From Candidatus Fermentithermobacillaceae bacterium (GTDB lineage Bacteria; Bacillota; Sulfobacillia; Fermentithermobacillales; Fermentithermobacillaceae), in contig JAGPNE010000007.1 in assembly GCA_018052455.1 (NCBI GenBank), forward strand, positions 654-64,653: a DNA stretch of 64,000 nucleotides, read 5' to 3'. The translations under genes were made by a program, and so were the position numbers. Below, one piece after another: positions 36,447 to 46,560 of the stretch. The notes beneath the pieces were generated by a model, which searched no databases, was not told the origin of the DNA, and saw nothing but the letters and a program-made list of their open reading frames with translations. The first letter of the stretch is position 1. Each line of letters begins with the position of its first letter.

Positions 36447-37847
36447 GTGAATCGGCTGCAAGGGAGTGAGAATGTGGAACCAGGATATAGTCTTGAACTT
36501 GTACAGACACAAAAACTCATTCTTACACCTGAACTTCGTCAGGCCATTATGGTTTTGCAAATGAATGTTCAGGAGCTTGCCCAGTTTATACTTCGGGAAG
36601 TAGAAGCGAATCCTCTTTTGGACGTATCGGATGAACAGAGCGACACGATCTCTTCGGATGGTCCAGTTGATGATGACTACGAGGAGTGGATAGCGTATTT
36701 TGCGGATTCCTCAGACCTTGGAGTGGTCCAGACAACTCTGAAAGACAACAAGGACCAGGTCGGTCCGTCGTATCAGGATATACCAGAGACCACAGGGAGC
36801 ATATGGGATGTTCTTTCATCGCAACTAGGGCTTCTGCGTTTGGGCAGAAAAGAGCTTGAGGTCGCACGATTTGTAATTGGTAACATCGATGGCAACGGGT
36901 ATTTGAGGTGTTCTGTTTCCGATGTTGCTTCAGCCGCATCTTGTACGGAGCGAACGGCCGAATCCGTGATCAGGATGATTCAAGGTTTCGAACCTGCAGG
37001 CATCTGTGCGAGGGACTTAAGAGAATGTCTGGAACTTCAAGCCGTATCGAGAGGACTAGGGGACCTCGAATTGAGGATCATAAGGGCGCATCTTGAGGAT
37101 TTAGGGCAGGCTAGATACAGCAAAATCGCCGAGGAAGAACAAGTGTCAATAGAGGACGTTCTTAGAGCGAGAGATTCCATTGTTGGGCTAGACCCGAAAC
37201 CGGGAGCGAGCCTTTCTTACACACACACAACCTATATACTGCCCGATATCACCGTTAAGAAACTGGGTGACGAATTCGTTGTGATATTGAACGAAAACAC
37301 CCTGCCTGTAATAAGGTGGAACCCTTACTACCGCAAGTTGCTCTCCGAGGGCCAGAAGGAAACGAAGGATTACTTAACCCAGCAAGCCAAAAGGGCATAT
37401 TACTTGATGAAGAGCGTGGAACAAAGAAGGATGACCATATCCAGAGTCATGGATAGCATATTGAAGCACCAAAAGCGTTTCTTCATAGAAGGACCTGGGC
37501 ATCTTGAACCTATGACTCTAAGTGATATTGCGGATGAGCTTGGGATTCATGCCTCTACTGTATCAAGGGCGATATCAGGCAAATACGTAGATACTCCGTT
37601 TGGTCTTTTCCCGTGCAAAATGTTTTTTGGTCCCGGCATCAAATCTGCGGGTGACGAAGTTTCTCAGTATAACGTAAAAAGAGCCATATCAGAGATAGTA
37701 GGCAACGAGGACCCCAGAAATCCCCTCACTGATAACCAGATTAGCGAGGTTTTGTCTAGAAACGGGATTTTTGTTGCAAGGCGTACTGTTGCCAAATATC
37801 GTTCCCAACTGGGTATCCCTGCGTCAAACCGGAGGAAGGGGTTATGA
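36447..37847 (+). CDS. rpoN: RNA polymerase sigma-54 factor
   Basis: C-terminal RpoN box (ARRTVAKYR) and HTH (LSDIADELGIHASTVSRAI). Possible start at GTG 36474 after GGGAG. Confidence 0.85.
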   Translation: MNRLQGSENVEPGYSLELVQTQKLILTPELRQAIMVLQMNVQELAQFILREVEANPLLDVSDEQSDTISSDGPVDDDYEEWIAYFADSSDLGVVQTTLKDNKDQVGPSYQDIPETTGSIWDVLSSQLGLLRLGRKELEVARFVIGNIDGNGYLRCSVSDVASAASCTERTAESVIRMIQGFEPAGICARDLRECLELQAVSRGLGDLELRIIRAHLEDLGQARYSKIAEEEQVSIEDVLRARDSIVGLDPKPGASLSYTHTTYILPDITVKKLGDEFVVILNENTLPVIRWNPYYRKLLSEGQKETKDYLTQQAKRAYYLMKSVEQRRMTISRVMDSILKHQKRFFIEGPGHLEPMTLSDIADELGIHASTVSRAISGKYVDTPFGLFPCKMFFGPGIKSAGDEVSQYNVKRAISEIVGNEDPRNPLTDNQISEVLSRNGIFVARRTVAKYRSQLGIPASNRRKGL

Positions 37848-37971
37848 CTTTTCTCTTGGCCTCAAGCAATAGCCTTCTTGAAACTGTTTTTCTCAATGCA
37901 TGTCTACTATGTGTGGTAGAATTTAGAATAGATTTTGTGGTTGACTATAGGTTGTAATTGAGGTGGTGTGA

Positions 37972-39315
37972 GTGATCACGATAAGGAAAGTGTTTGGAGG
38001 CGTTAGCGTTCCAGATAAGAAGCATCTATCTGAAGATTCTCCCATAGAGTTCCCGGGCATTCCTCAAGAGCTTGTGCTTTTCGTATCCCAGCACACGGGA
38101 GCTCCGTCTAGGCCCATCGTACAATCCAAGGATGTGGTTAAGAGGGGGCAGGTCATAGCTGAGCCTCAGGGTGCAATCAGTGCCGCATTACACGCACCTA
38201 CATCAGGGGTCATAAAGAGCATTGAACCGAGGTTCCATCCGGTGCAGGGACGAATGGCTGACGCGATTATCTTACAACCTGATGGACAGCATGAATCCTG
38301 TGAGAGCTTGGCGCCGATAGCGTCTAACCTAGAGGAGATTTCGCCCGAGAATGTGAGGGAAATCGCTAGGAAGATGGGACTCGTAGGCTTAGGAGGGGCG
38401 GCATTTCCAACGGATGTAAAACTGTCTCCGCCCAAAGACAAGCCCATAGATACATATCTCTTGAATGGTGCAGAATGTGAGCCCTACTTAACGGCAGACT
38501 ATAGACTCATGGTCGAGCAGCCTGAAAAGGTTGTATTTGGGTTTAGGGCATTTATGAAAGCCTCAGGTGTTGGGAGAGGCATAATATGTATAGAGGATAA
38601 CAAGCCACAAGCGATCGAGACTATGAAGCGGGCAATTGAGCCTTTCGACGGGATTGAACTAGCTGTGCTTAGTTCCCGTTACCCTCGAGGAGGCGAGAAG
38701 CAGCTCATTCAAGCGGTCTTAGGGCGAGAGGTGCCTCCGCCTCCAGGTCTTCCGCTGGACGTCGGGGTGATTGTATCAAACGTAGGTACTGCTTATGCCA
38801 TGGCAGAGGGCATTTTGGAGGGCCTCCCGCTGGTAGAGAGGATTGTAAGCGTTACTGGTGAGGGTGTAAAGAAACCGTCAAACTTCAGAACTCTTATTGG
38901 GACTCCTATCTCTTTTTTGATTGAAAAAGCAGGAGGATATAGCAATACCCCTCGCAAAGTCATAATGGGTGGGCCTATGATGGGCATGGCGATTAGAGAA
39001 TTGAACTCGCCCGTCTTGAAAGGCACGTCAGGTGTTTTGGTGTTAGGCAAAGACCAGGTAGTACAAGAGCCTATTCTGCCGTGTGTGCGCTGCGGAAAAT
39101 GTGTTGACGCATGCCCGATGCGGATACAGCCTCTGTGGATAGCCGCCTATTCGGAACGCGGCCTCATTGACCAAGCCGAGGAGGCAAGAGCAATGGATTG
39201 CTGCGAGTGCGGAGCGTGTGCCTTTGTGTGCCCGGCAAAAAGGCCTTTGGTGCAATGGATAAAGATGGCCAAAGCTGAGATTACTGCGAGGCGAAAGGCT
39301 GAGCGTAGCCGTTAG
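37972..39315 (+). CDS. rnfC: Rnf electron-transport complex subunit C
   Basis: NADH-binding-like N-terminal domain and two C-terminal CxxCxxCxxxCP 4Fe-4S motifs. Confidence 0.85.
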   Translation: MITIRKVFGGVSVPDKKHLSEDSPIEFPGIPQELVLFVSQHTGAPSRPIVQSKDVVKRGQVIAEPQGAISAALHAPTSGVIKSIEPRFHPVQGRMADAIILQPDGQHESCESLAPIASNLEEISPENVREIARKMGLVGLGGAAFPTDVKLSPPKDKPIDTYLLNGAECEPYLTADYRLMVEQPEKVVFGFRAFMKASGVGRGIICIEDNKPQAIETMKRAIEPFDGIELAVLSSRYPRGGEKQLIQAVLGREVPPPPGLPLDVGVIVSNVGTAYAMAEGILEGLPLVERIVSVTGEGVKKPSNFRTLIGTPISFLIEKAGGYSNTPRKVIMGGPMMGMAIRELNSPVLKGTSGVLVLGKDQVVQEPILPCVRCGKCVDACPMRIQPLWIAAYSERGLIDQAEEARAMDCCECGACAFVCPAKRPLVQWIKMAKAEITARRKAERSR

Positions 39316-39344
39316 GCTCATAAGAAGAGACGGAGGTATTTAGT

Positions 39345-40331
39345 ATGGAGGACAAACTACTTATAACGCCGGCACCCCATATCACAAGTAAAAACACGGT
39401 ACGGGGGCAAATGTTGGATGTGGTGATTGCTCTTGTTCCCGCTAGTATCGCTGCGGTAGTCATATTTGGGGTTAGGTCGTTGTGGGTGATACTCGCTTCT
39501 TTGGTTTCGGCAGTTGCAGCGGAAGCAATATATCAAAAGCTCCTAAAGAAACCACTTACTATAAACGATATGTCCGCAACTGTAACAGGTCTTCTTTTGG
39601 CGCTTACGTTGCCGCCCGGTGTCCCCATATGGGTTCCCATTATCGGGTCGGCGTTTGCCATCGTAATTGCAAAGCAAATATTTGGTGGGTTAGGGACCAA
39701 TTTCATAAACCCAGCCTTGGCTGGAAGAGCATTTGTTTTGGCTGCCTGGCCTCTTCACATGACTCACGATTGGGTTACTCCCATGGGATATGATGCGCTA
39801 ACAGGTGCCACGCCTCTTGTGGCCTTCAATAGCACTGGAAGAACTGGGTTGACGCTCAAGGAGTTGTTTCTTGGGTTGAGAGCGGGTTCTTTAGGTGAAA
39901 CCTGCGTAATAGCTCTTTTGGCAGGAGGCGTTTATCTAATTGTAAGAGACGTGATAGACTGGCGAATTCCTGTCGGATATCTCGGAACTCTTGCACTCGG
40001 AACATGGATTTTTGGGAGTCCTAACGGGCTTTTCCAAGGAGATTGGATAAGTGCTATATTTCTGGGTGGTGCTGTTCTAGGTTCGTTCTTTATGGCTACC
40101 GACTATGTTACCTCTCCGGTTACTCGCAGAGGCCGACTGTTTATGGGAATTGGAGCAGGTATTGTCACGCTCCTCATTAGGCTCTGGGGTAGTTATCCTG
40201 AAGGTGTTACATATGCTATCTTGTTCATGAATCTTGTCACACCCCTTATCGACAAGTACGTAGTGCCTAAGTACTACGGTTACGCACATGATGTGCAAGC
40301 TAGAAGGGCTGCAGGAGGTGCAACGAAATGA
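39345..40331 (+). CDS. rnfD: Rnf complex subunit D (NqrB-like membrane subunit)
   Basis: Polytopic membrane protein with GTNFINPALAGRAF and MATDYVTSP motifs. Confidence 0.85.
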   Translation: MEDKLLITPAPHITSKNTVRGQMLDVVIALVPASIAAVVIFGVRSLWVILASLVSAVAAEAIYQKLLKKPLTINDMSATVTGLLLALTLPPGVPIWVPIIGSAFAIVIAKQIFGGLGTNFINPALAGRAFVLAAWPLHMTHDWVTPMGYDALTGATPLVAFNSTGRTGLTLKELFLGLRAGSLGETCVIALLAGGVYLIVRDVIDWRIPVGYLGTLALGTWIFGSPNGLFQGDWISAIFLGGAVLGSFFMATDYVTSPVTRRGRLFMGIGAGIVTLLIRLWGSYPEGVTYAILFMNLVTPLIDKYVVPKYYGYAHDVQARRAAGGATK

Positions 40332-40975
40332 ACGAGTCTAGGTCATCTCTTGGCTTTGATTTCATCAAGGGGTTTGTACAAGAGAACCCTACTTTTGCGT
40401 TGGTGATCGGCATGTGCCCTACTCTTGCCGTTACTACAAACGTAGTGAACGGTTTTTGGATGGGTATCGCAGTGCTGTTTGTGCTGACCTTTTCCAATGT
40501 GTTTGTGTCTCTATTAAGAAAGTTTATACCTGATGAAATAAGGATTCCAATATTTGTCATACTAATTGCTACGCCTGTTGTCATTGTTGAGCTAGTCATG
40601 GAAGCTTATCTTCCTGCCATCTATGAAGTCTTGGGGATTTTCGTCCCCCTTATTGTAGTAAACTGCATAATCATCGCCCGGGCTGAGGCGTTCGCATACA
40701 GACGTCCCGTAATGAATTCTCTGATGGATGGTCTTGGCATAGGTGCTGCATACACGGTGAACCTAATGGTCATCGGAGGAATACGTGAGTTTCTCGGTAC
40801 CGGCCAAATCGCCTTTGGAAGTGCTGTTTTCCCGTCAGCCCCGTTTTTCGAACCTGCCGCAGTTATGCTGACTCCTCCAGGGGGGTTCATAACGCTGGGG
40901 CTTCTTATGGTCCTTTTCAAAGCTACGTTAGGCTCTAAGGCGAAGCCGAAGAATGACGGTGAGACTTCGTCGTAA
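40328..40975 (+). CDS. rnfE: Rnf complex subunit E (NqrD-like)
   Basis: GMCPTLAVTT signature. 215 aa membrane protein. Confidence 0.8.
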   Translation: MNESRSSLGFDFIKGFVQENPTFALVIGMCPTLAVTTNVVNGFWMGIAVLFVLTFSNVFVSLLRKFIPDEIRIPIFVILIATPVVIVELVMEAYLPAIYEVLGIFVPLIVVNCIIIARAEAFAYRRPVMNSLMDGLGIGAAYTVNLMVIGGIREFLGTGQIAFGSAVFPSAPFFEPAAVMLTPPGGFITLGLLMVLFKATLGSKAKPKNDGETSS

Positions 40976-41002
40976 GAGACTCACTAATGGGGAGGGATTT
41001 AT

Positions 41003-41587
41003 GTGTCCGTAATCGGGATTATAATAAGCGGAGTCCTTATTAACAACTTTATTTTCATGCAATACCTGGGCATATGCCCGTTTGTTGGCGTATCTCAGAA
41101 CCTTGAAACGGCACTGGGGATGTCAGGTGCGGTTGTATTCGTTATGACAGTCGCTTCTGCGGTTACAGCAGCGTTTGAGCAGTTTGTGTTGGTTCAGTTT
41201 GGTCTGCAGTACCTGAGAACAATTGCGTATATACTAGTCATAGCCGCCTTTGTGCAGTTAGTGGAAATATTTATGAAAAAGACGTTGCCTGGTCTCTACA
41301 AAGCTCTGGGCATTTACCTCCCACTAATCACAACAAACTGTGCGGTGTTAGGGGTTACCATGTTGAATGTAAGGCACTCATACGGTATCTTGATGAGTAC
41401 TGTGAATGGGTTTGCGGGAGCCCTAGGATGGAGTTTAGCGATAATCATATTTGCCGGCATTAGGGAGCGGTGGCAGCTTATGGACATTCCTCCCGCACTC
41501 GAGGGTTTTCCATTGGCTCTAATATCTACTGGGCTCATGTCTTTGGCTTTTTTGGGCTTTTCAGGATTATTCAAAGGTCTGTTGTGA
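41003..41587 (+). CDS. rnfA: Rnf complex subunit A (NqrE-like)
   Basis: LGICPFVGVS signature. 194 aa. GTG start after GGGGAGGG. Confidence 0.85.
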   Translation: MSVIGIIISGVLINNFIFMQYLGICPFVGVSQNLETALGMSGAVVFVMTVASAVTAAFEQFVLVQFGLQYLRTIAYILVIAAFVQLVEIFMKKTLPGLYKALGIYLPLITTNCAVLGVTMLNVRHSYGILMSTVNGFAGALGWSLAIIIFAGIRERWQLMDIPPALEGFPLALISTGLMSLAFLGFSGLFKGLL

Positions 41588-41606
41588 TTAAAAGGGGGAA
41601 CTACTG

Positions 41607-42413
41607 TTGCTAAATGCGGTGCTTGCGTTAGGACTAGCAGGTCTTGTATTCGGCGCCATGTTGGCCATGGCCGCTCAGAAGTTCAAGATTGAACAAGATC
41701 CTAGGGTGCTAGAGGTGCTAGCTGCGCTTCCAGGAGCAAACTGCGGGGCGTGCGGCTTCCCAGGGTGTTCAGGGTTAGCTCAAGCAATAGTTCAGGGCAA
41801 GGCTCCCACCAACGCGTGTGTTCCAGGCGGAAAAGCGGTCGCAGAAGCAATTTCCAAGATAATGGGAGTCGAAGCTGAGGTGGATCGACCGCAGGTTGCG
41901 GTTGTGTATTGCCAGGGAGATCGAGATAACGCTCAAAGTGTGGCAGACTACCATGGAGTCTCAAGTTGTCAGGCAGTAAATCTTCTGGGCGGGCTTAAGG
42001 GTTGTCCGTACGGATGTCTGGGGTTTGGCGATTGCGTAAAAGCCTGTCCCTTTGGTGCCATGCATATGTCATCCGAGGGATTGCCTGTAGTCATTCCTGA
42101 AAAATGCACGGGTTGTGGGGCGTGCGTAAGGGCATGTCCTAGAGGGATCATTCATCTTGCCCCTAGGGGTAAGGATGTGCACATCCTATGCAGTTCTTAT
42201 GACAAGGGACCCTTGGTGAGGAAGTACTGCAAGGTTGGATGTATTGCCTGCCAGTTGTGTGCCAAGGCGTGTCCTCAGACTGCCATATCTATGGACAAAG
42301 GTACTTTGGCAAGAATCGACTATACCTTGTGCGACAACTGTGGGATATGTGCTACCAAATGCCCTATGAAAACCATTCGAGATGAAAACGAGGCGGAGGA
42401 CGTAAGCGCGTAG
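41607..42413 (+). CDS. rnfB: Rnf complex subunit B (polyferredoxin)
   Basis: N-terminal TM helix, CGACGFPGC motif and multiple CxxCxxCxxxCP ferredoxin motifs. Confidence 0.85.
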   Translation: MLNAVLALGLAGLVFGAMLAMAAQKFKIEQDPRVLEVLAALPGANCGACGFPGCSGLAQAIVQGKAPTNACVPGGKAVAEAISKIMGVEAEVDRPQVAVVYCQGDRDNAQSVADYHGVSSCQAVNLLGGLKGCPYGCLGFGDCVKACPFGAMHMSSEGLPVVIPEKCTGCGACVRACPRGIIHLAPRGKDVHILCSSYDKGPLVRKYCKVGCIACQLCAKACPQTAISMDKGTLARIDYTLCDNCGICATKCPMKTIRDENEAEDVSA

Positions 42414-42507
42414 GTAAGCCGACGTAGGATACATACTTTTCACGGGGGTTGGTGTGTGGGCTGTTTGGTGATGTCAATGATACCGAGAATCTAGGGGGCG
42501 GGCAATC

Positions 42508-42753
42508 GTGAGGAGACAATCGAACACCTGGGTATGGGTGATAGGCCTTTTGGCAGGCGCCATAGTGGGCAGCGTAATTGGCGAGGCGTTGTCGGGAGTA
42601 GTACCCTTGCTAGCCAAAGGGTTTGCTGTTGGAATACAGCCGCCTTTCAATCTTGATCTCAATGTAGTTTCACTTACATTGGGGTTTACTGTTCGACTTA
42701 ACTTAGCCGGTGCGGTGATGGTGCTTATTCTAGTCTTGTTTCTTGGGCGGTGA
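42508..42753 (+). CDS. Small hydrophobic membrane protein (81 aa)
   Basis: Two predicted helices. Translationally coupled to maf (ATGA overlap). No family assigned. Confidence 0.4.
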   Translation: MRRQSNTWVWVIGLLAGAIVGSVIGEALSGVVPLLAKGFAVGIQPPFNLDLNVVSLTLGFTVRLNLAGAVMVLILVLFLGR

Positions 42754-43349
42754 GAAGGTTGCAGCTGATTTTGGCTTCGGGGTCGCCAAGACGGAAGGAG
42801 CTTCTGGAGGCCGTAGGCATAAGGCCTGTTGTCGTTCCCTCAGGCTTCGATGAGAGTTCCATCTTAGAAGAGAGTCTAGGTCCGGATAGGCTTGTCAAGA
42901 TATTGGCCTGCAGGAAGGCGGAAACTGTGAGTCGTACGTATCCTGACTCTCTGGTTCTGGGCGCAGATACAATTGTCTATGTCAAAGGTGAGACTATAGG
43001 CAAGCCGCGAAGCCGAGATGAAGCAGAAGGAATGCTCAGAAAACTGTCAGGGAACACCCATAGAGTCTACACTGGAGTTGCCCTTTATGAGCCCAGAAGC
43101 AAGCAGGTGTTTTCAGACGTTGACTGTTCGTACGTTACTTTCGCTGAGATGAGTCCTTTGGAGATCCAATGGTACATAGGAACTGACGAACCAATAGGCA
43201 AAGCAGGCGGATATGCTATTCAGGGCAGAGCTGCCCTGTTTATCAATAGGATCATTGGCGACTACACTAGCATAGTAGGACTATCTATGCCCAAGTTCTA
43301 CCATATATTAAAACAAGCTGGTGTTTCGTTTGAGTCTTTGGTTTCATAA
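42750..43349 (+). CDS. maf: Maf-like nucleoside triphosphate pyrophosphatase (septum formation protein)
   Basis: LILASGSPRRKELL and GADTIV motifs. Confidence 0.8.
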   Translation: MRRLQLILASGSPRRKELLEAVGIRPVVVPSGFDESSILEESLGPDRLVKILACRKAETVSRTYPDSLVLGADTIVYVKGETIGKPRSRDEAEGMLRKLSGNTHRVYTGVALYEPRSKQVFSDVDCSYVTFAEMSPLEIQWYIGTDEPIGKAGGYAIQGRAALFINRIIGDYTSIVGLSMPKFYHILKQAGVSFESLVS

Positions 43350-43409
43350 AGAGCAAGCGGGGATGGCTGCGAAGGAATACAGGAGGTATTTGCCATTACC
43401 CTTGAAAGA

Positions 43410-44117
43410 TTGACGATCAAAGATTGGCCAGAGCAAGAGAAACCGCGTGAACGGTTGTTTTCGTTAGGGCCATCAGCGTTGTCAGATGCGGAACTTCTGG
43501 CTATTTTGCTGGGCACAGGTAGTCCAGAAGAGACTGCTCTTGACTTGGCCAAACGACTCTTGTTCTGGGGAACGGGTCAGTACGGACCGGGGATGGGATT
43601 TTTGAAAGAAAGCTCAATAGAGGAACTTATGTGTCTGCCAGGTATAGGGCCTGCTAAGGCAGCAAGACTAAAGGCATGTTTTGAAATCTCGAGAAGGTTG
43701 CAAAGAGTAGATGACTGTAGTTTCAAGTCGGTGTATCTAAGAAGCGGACGAGACGTGTACGAATTCATCAAAGGCGACGTGGAAGAACTAGACAGAGAAC
43801 ACTTCTGCATAATCATGGTCAACGTGAGAAATCAGGTTATCGCAAAGGAAGTGGTGTCCGTAGGCGGATTAAATGCAGCGATTGTGCATCCGCGTGAGAT
43901 ATTCAAAAACTGCATAAAAAAGAGCGCTGCCGCTGTGATTCTTGTACATAATCATCCAAGCGGCGAACCTGCGCCAAGCGATGAGGATGTTGCAGTGACC
44001 AAGAGGATCATAGAAGCAGGTAGAATAGTTGGCATAGACGTGCTGGATCACGTGATAGTTGGGCACGGCCAGTACATTAGTTTAAGGGAGTCTTTTAACA
44101 GCTGGTTTACATGGTAG
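43410..44117 (+). CDS. radC: RadC-family JAB-domain protein
   Basis: [18 protein letters not shown]-like motif. N-terminal HhH region. Confidence 0.85.
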   Translation: MTIKDWPEQEKPRERLFSLGPSALSDAELLAILLGTGSPEETALDLAKRLLFWGTGQYGPGMGFLKESSIEELMCLPGIGPAKAARLKACFEISRRLQRVDDCSFKSVYLRSGRDVYEFIKGDVEELDREHFCIIMVNVRNQVIAKEVVSVGGLNAAIVHPREIFKNCIKKSAAAVILVHNHPSGEPAPSDEDVAVTKRIIEAGRIVGIDVLDHVIVGHGQYISLRESFNSWFTW

Positions 44118-44158
44118 GAACTGGTCTGTTTTTCGGACGGAGAGGGGAGTGGAAGAAG

Positions 44159-45184
44159 GTGCAATGGCTCTACAACTATATTACTAGGGATATAGGCATG
44201 GATCTTGGCACAGCAAATACTTTGGTTCACGTGCGTGGTCAGGGTATAGTACTGGTTGAACCTTCTGTAGTAGCTATTCATGCCGACAGTAAGGAGATCC
44301 TTGCAGTTGGTACTGAGGCCAAGCAGATGATTGGAAGAACACCTGGTAATATAATAGCTATAAGACCAATGAAGGACGGAGTAATTGCCGATTTTGACGT
44401 AACTCAGGCTATGATGCACCATTTTATCAGAAAAGCTTACAGGCGAGGTCTACTGAAGCCCAGAGTTATCGTAGCCGTCCCTTCAGGCTGCACAGAAGTT
44501 GAACGAAGGGCAGTGCTAGATGCAGTGTTGCGGGCTGGAGCGAGAGAAGCTTACACAATTGAGGAGCCTATGGCAGCGGCAATCGGCGCCGGTCTTCCCG
44601 TGAACGAGCCTACAGGGAACATGATTGTCGACGTAGGGGGAGGAACGAGTGAGGTAGCAGTCATATCTCTGGACGGTATAGTAGCCTCTCGGTCGATCAG
44701 AGTTGGCGGAGATGAAATGGATGAATCCGTTATAAACTATCTCAAGAGGGCATACAATCTGCTTATCGGTGAAAGAACTGCTGAAGAGATAAAGATCAAT
44801 ATCGGATCTGCCTATCAACTCAATCCAGAAGAAACAATGGAGATACGCGGCAGGGACTTGGTTACCGGGTTGCCTAGAACAATCTCAGTAGAGTCACCTG
44901 AGATACGCAAGGCACTATCTGAGCCGGTCCGTGCAATTCTTGATAGTATAAAAGAGACTCTGGAGAATACGCCACCGGAGCTTGCCGCAGACATAATGGA
45001 TAGGGGAATAGTGATGACAGGCGGAGGTTCGATGCTAAAAGGGTTGGATAAGCTGGTTAGCGACGAAACAGGAATGCCTGTACATACGGTTGACGAACCT
45101 ATGTACGCGGTTGTTCGGGGGACAGGCAAGGCACTTGAAGAGATCGAGACTTTGCGGAAAGTCCTAGCCTCGTCGAAACGATAA
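44159..45184 (+). CDS. mreB: Rod-shape determining actin homolog MreB
   Basis: [25 protein letters not shown] and MTGGGSML motifs. GTG start after GGGGAG; the ORF extends upstream to 44111. Confidence 0.9.
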   Translation: MQWLYNYITRDIGMDLGTANTLVHVRGQGIVLVEPSVVAIHADSKEILAVGTEAKQMIGRTPGNIIAIRPMKDGVIADFDVTQAMMHHFIRKAYRRGLLKPRVIVAVPSGCTEVERRAVLDAVLRAGAREAYTIEEPMAAAIGAGLPVNEPTGNMIVDVGGGTSEVAVISLDGIVASRSIRVGGDEMDESVINYLKRAYNLLIGERTAEEIKINIGSAYQLNPEETMEIRGRDLVTGLPRTISVESPEIRKALSEPVRAILDSIKETLENTPPELAADIMDRGIVMTGGGSMLKGLDKLVSDETGMPVHTVDEPMYAVVRGTGKALEEIETLRKVLASSKR

Positions 45185-45202
45185 AAGGAAGGATGACACA
45201 GG

Positions 45203-46015
45203 TTGAGGCGGCTATTTCCATATAAGAAAGTAGTACTTGCCATTTTGTTAGTGGCCGCCTCAGTGTTTCTGATGAACATTACAGGCAGTTCACAAGATAG
45301 TCCTTCGTTTTGGGAGAGAATTTTGCGCCAATGCATGGAACCTTTCGTAAACCTCTTTTCCGCGCTGATGGAAAGAGCATCCGCTTATGCTGCCCTACTA
45401 GAGTCAAAGCAGGAACTCATGGAAGAGAACGAGGATCTGAGAAAGAAACTGGGTTCTCTTGAACTCCTGTTGGCTCAGTTGAAAGATGTGCAGCAAGAGA
45501 ATCAAAGATTGAGAGAACTGCTTGAGTTCAAAGACCAATTGCCGGGCGAATACAAGGGTGGCGATGTAATAGGGCGAAATCCCAGTAAGTGGTTTTGTAC
45601 GATTACCGTGGGATTAGGAGCCGACGACGGTGTGGAAGTGGACGATCCTGTGATTTCCAGGAGCGGCCTCGTAGGACGGATCATGAAAGTTGATGAAGAA
45701 CAAGCTGACGTTTTGCTCCTTACCGATCCCGAAAGTGGAGTAGGAGCGTTGGTCGCCAGGTCGCGCGACTACGGGGTCGTAGTAGGCGGTAGTGGATCTG
45801 ACCTACTGACAATGACTTTTTTCTCCAAAGATGCGGATGTGCAAGAAGGAGATATTGTTGTTACTTCCGGTATTGGTAGTCTGTACCCTCCTGGTCTTTT
45901 GATCGGTGAAGTGACTGAGGTGTACGTACCCCAACCTGGTTTGATTAGAGAATGCCATATAAGGCCTGCAACTGATTTTGACCATCTCGAAGAAGTACTG
46001 GTGATGATGAAATGA
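45203..46015 (+). CDS. mreC: Rod-shape determining protein MreC
   Basis: N-terminal TM helix, a coiled coil, then a beta-rich domain (GLVGRI..V..LTDP.S). Canonical position after mreB. Confidence 0.8.
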   Translation: MRRLFPYKKVVLAILLVAASVFLMNITGSSQDSPSFWERILRQCMEPFVNLFSALMERASAYAALLESKQELMEENEDLRKKLGSLELLLAQLKDVQQENQRLRELLEFKDQLPGEYKGGDVIGRNPSKWFCTITVGLGADDGVEVDDPVISRSGLVGRIMKVDEEQADVLLLTDPESGVGALVARSRDYGVVVGGSGSDLLTMTFFSKDADVQEGDIVVTSGIGSLYPPGLLIGEVTEVYVPQPGLIRECHIRPATDFDHLEEVLVMMK

Positions 46016-46560
46016 CCAAAAGGGATGCAGTCTTGATTGTACTATGTGTCTTGCTTGCTTTTTTGGCTATGAGCGTGGAGTATGTTTATCTTGGAGGACC
46101 GGGAAAGCCGGATTTGACGCTTGGATTGGTTTGCGCCGTTAGTTGGGTATGTTCGTGGCCGGTGGGTCTCATTGCAGCTTTTCTGGTTGGAGTCATAGAA
46201 GACATCATCATAGGGCGATTTGTTGGTATATCTGCGTTATCGTTCTTGGTAGCGGCAATGACAATGATGGGGATGCGCGGACCTCTCAACCCCGACATGG
46301 TCCTTTCACCTGCTATAGCTGCGGTGATTTCTGCTATTACCAGCGGCCTTGTGTCTTATGCGGCGCTTTTGTCTTTTGGAACACGTATTCATTGGAAATT
46401 CTTCCTTAGAGGCATCCTGTACTACGATGCTATTTGGTCTTTGATCATGATATTTCCGTTCTATCTACTGTTCAGAGGTGTTTCGCGTTCATTGGAGAAA
46501 ATGTGGCCTGAAAGCACGAATGAAAAGGTAGGTCGGTCAAGCTATGAATCTAGGGCATAA
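46012..46560 (+). CDS. mreD: Rod-shape determining protein MreD
   Basis: 182 aa polytopic membrane protein between mreC and mrdA. Confidence 0.6.
   Translation: MTKRDAVLIVLCVLLAFLAMSVEYVYLGGPGKPDLTLGLVCAVSWVCSWPVGLIAAFLVGVIEDIIIGRFVGISALSFLVAAMTMMGMRGPLNPDMVLSPAIAAVISAITSGLVSYAALLSFGTRIHWKFFLRGILYYDAIWSLIMIFPFYLLFRGVSRSLEKMWPESTNEKVGRSSYESRA

Noticed and set aside
37848-37971. A sigma-54 (-24/-12) promoter downstream of rpoN and upstream of rnfC
   Set aside because: I found no TGGCAC-N5-TTGCA-like element. I see only a possible extended -10 (TGGTAGAAT, 37914-37922) of the sigma-A type, which is too weak to call.
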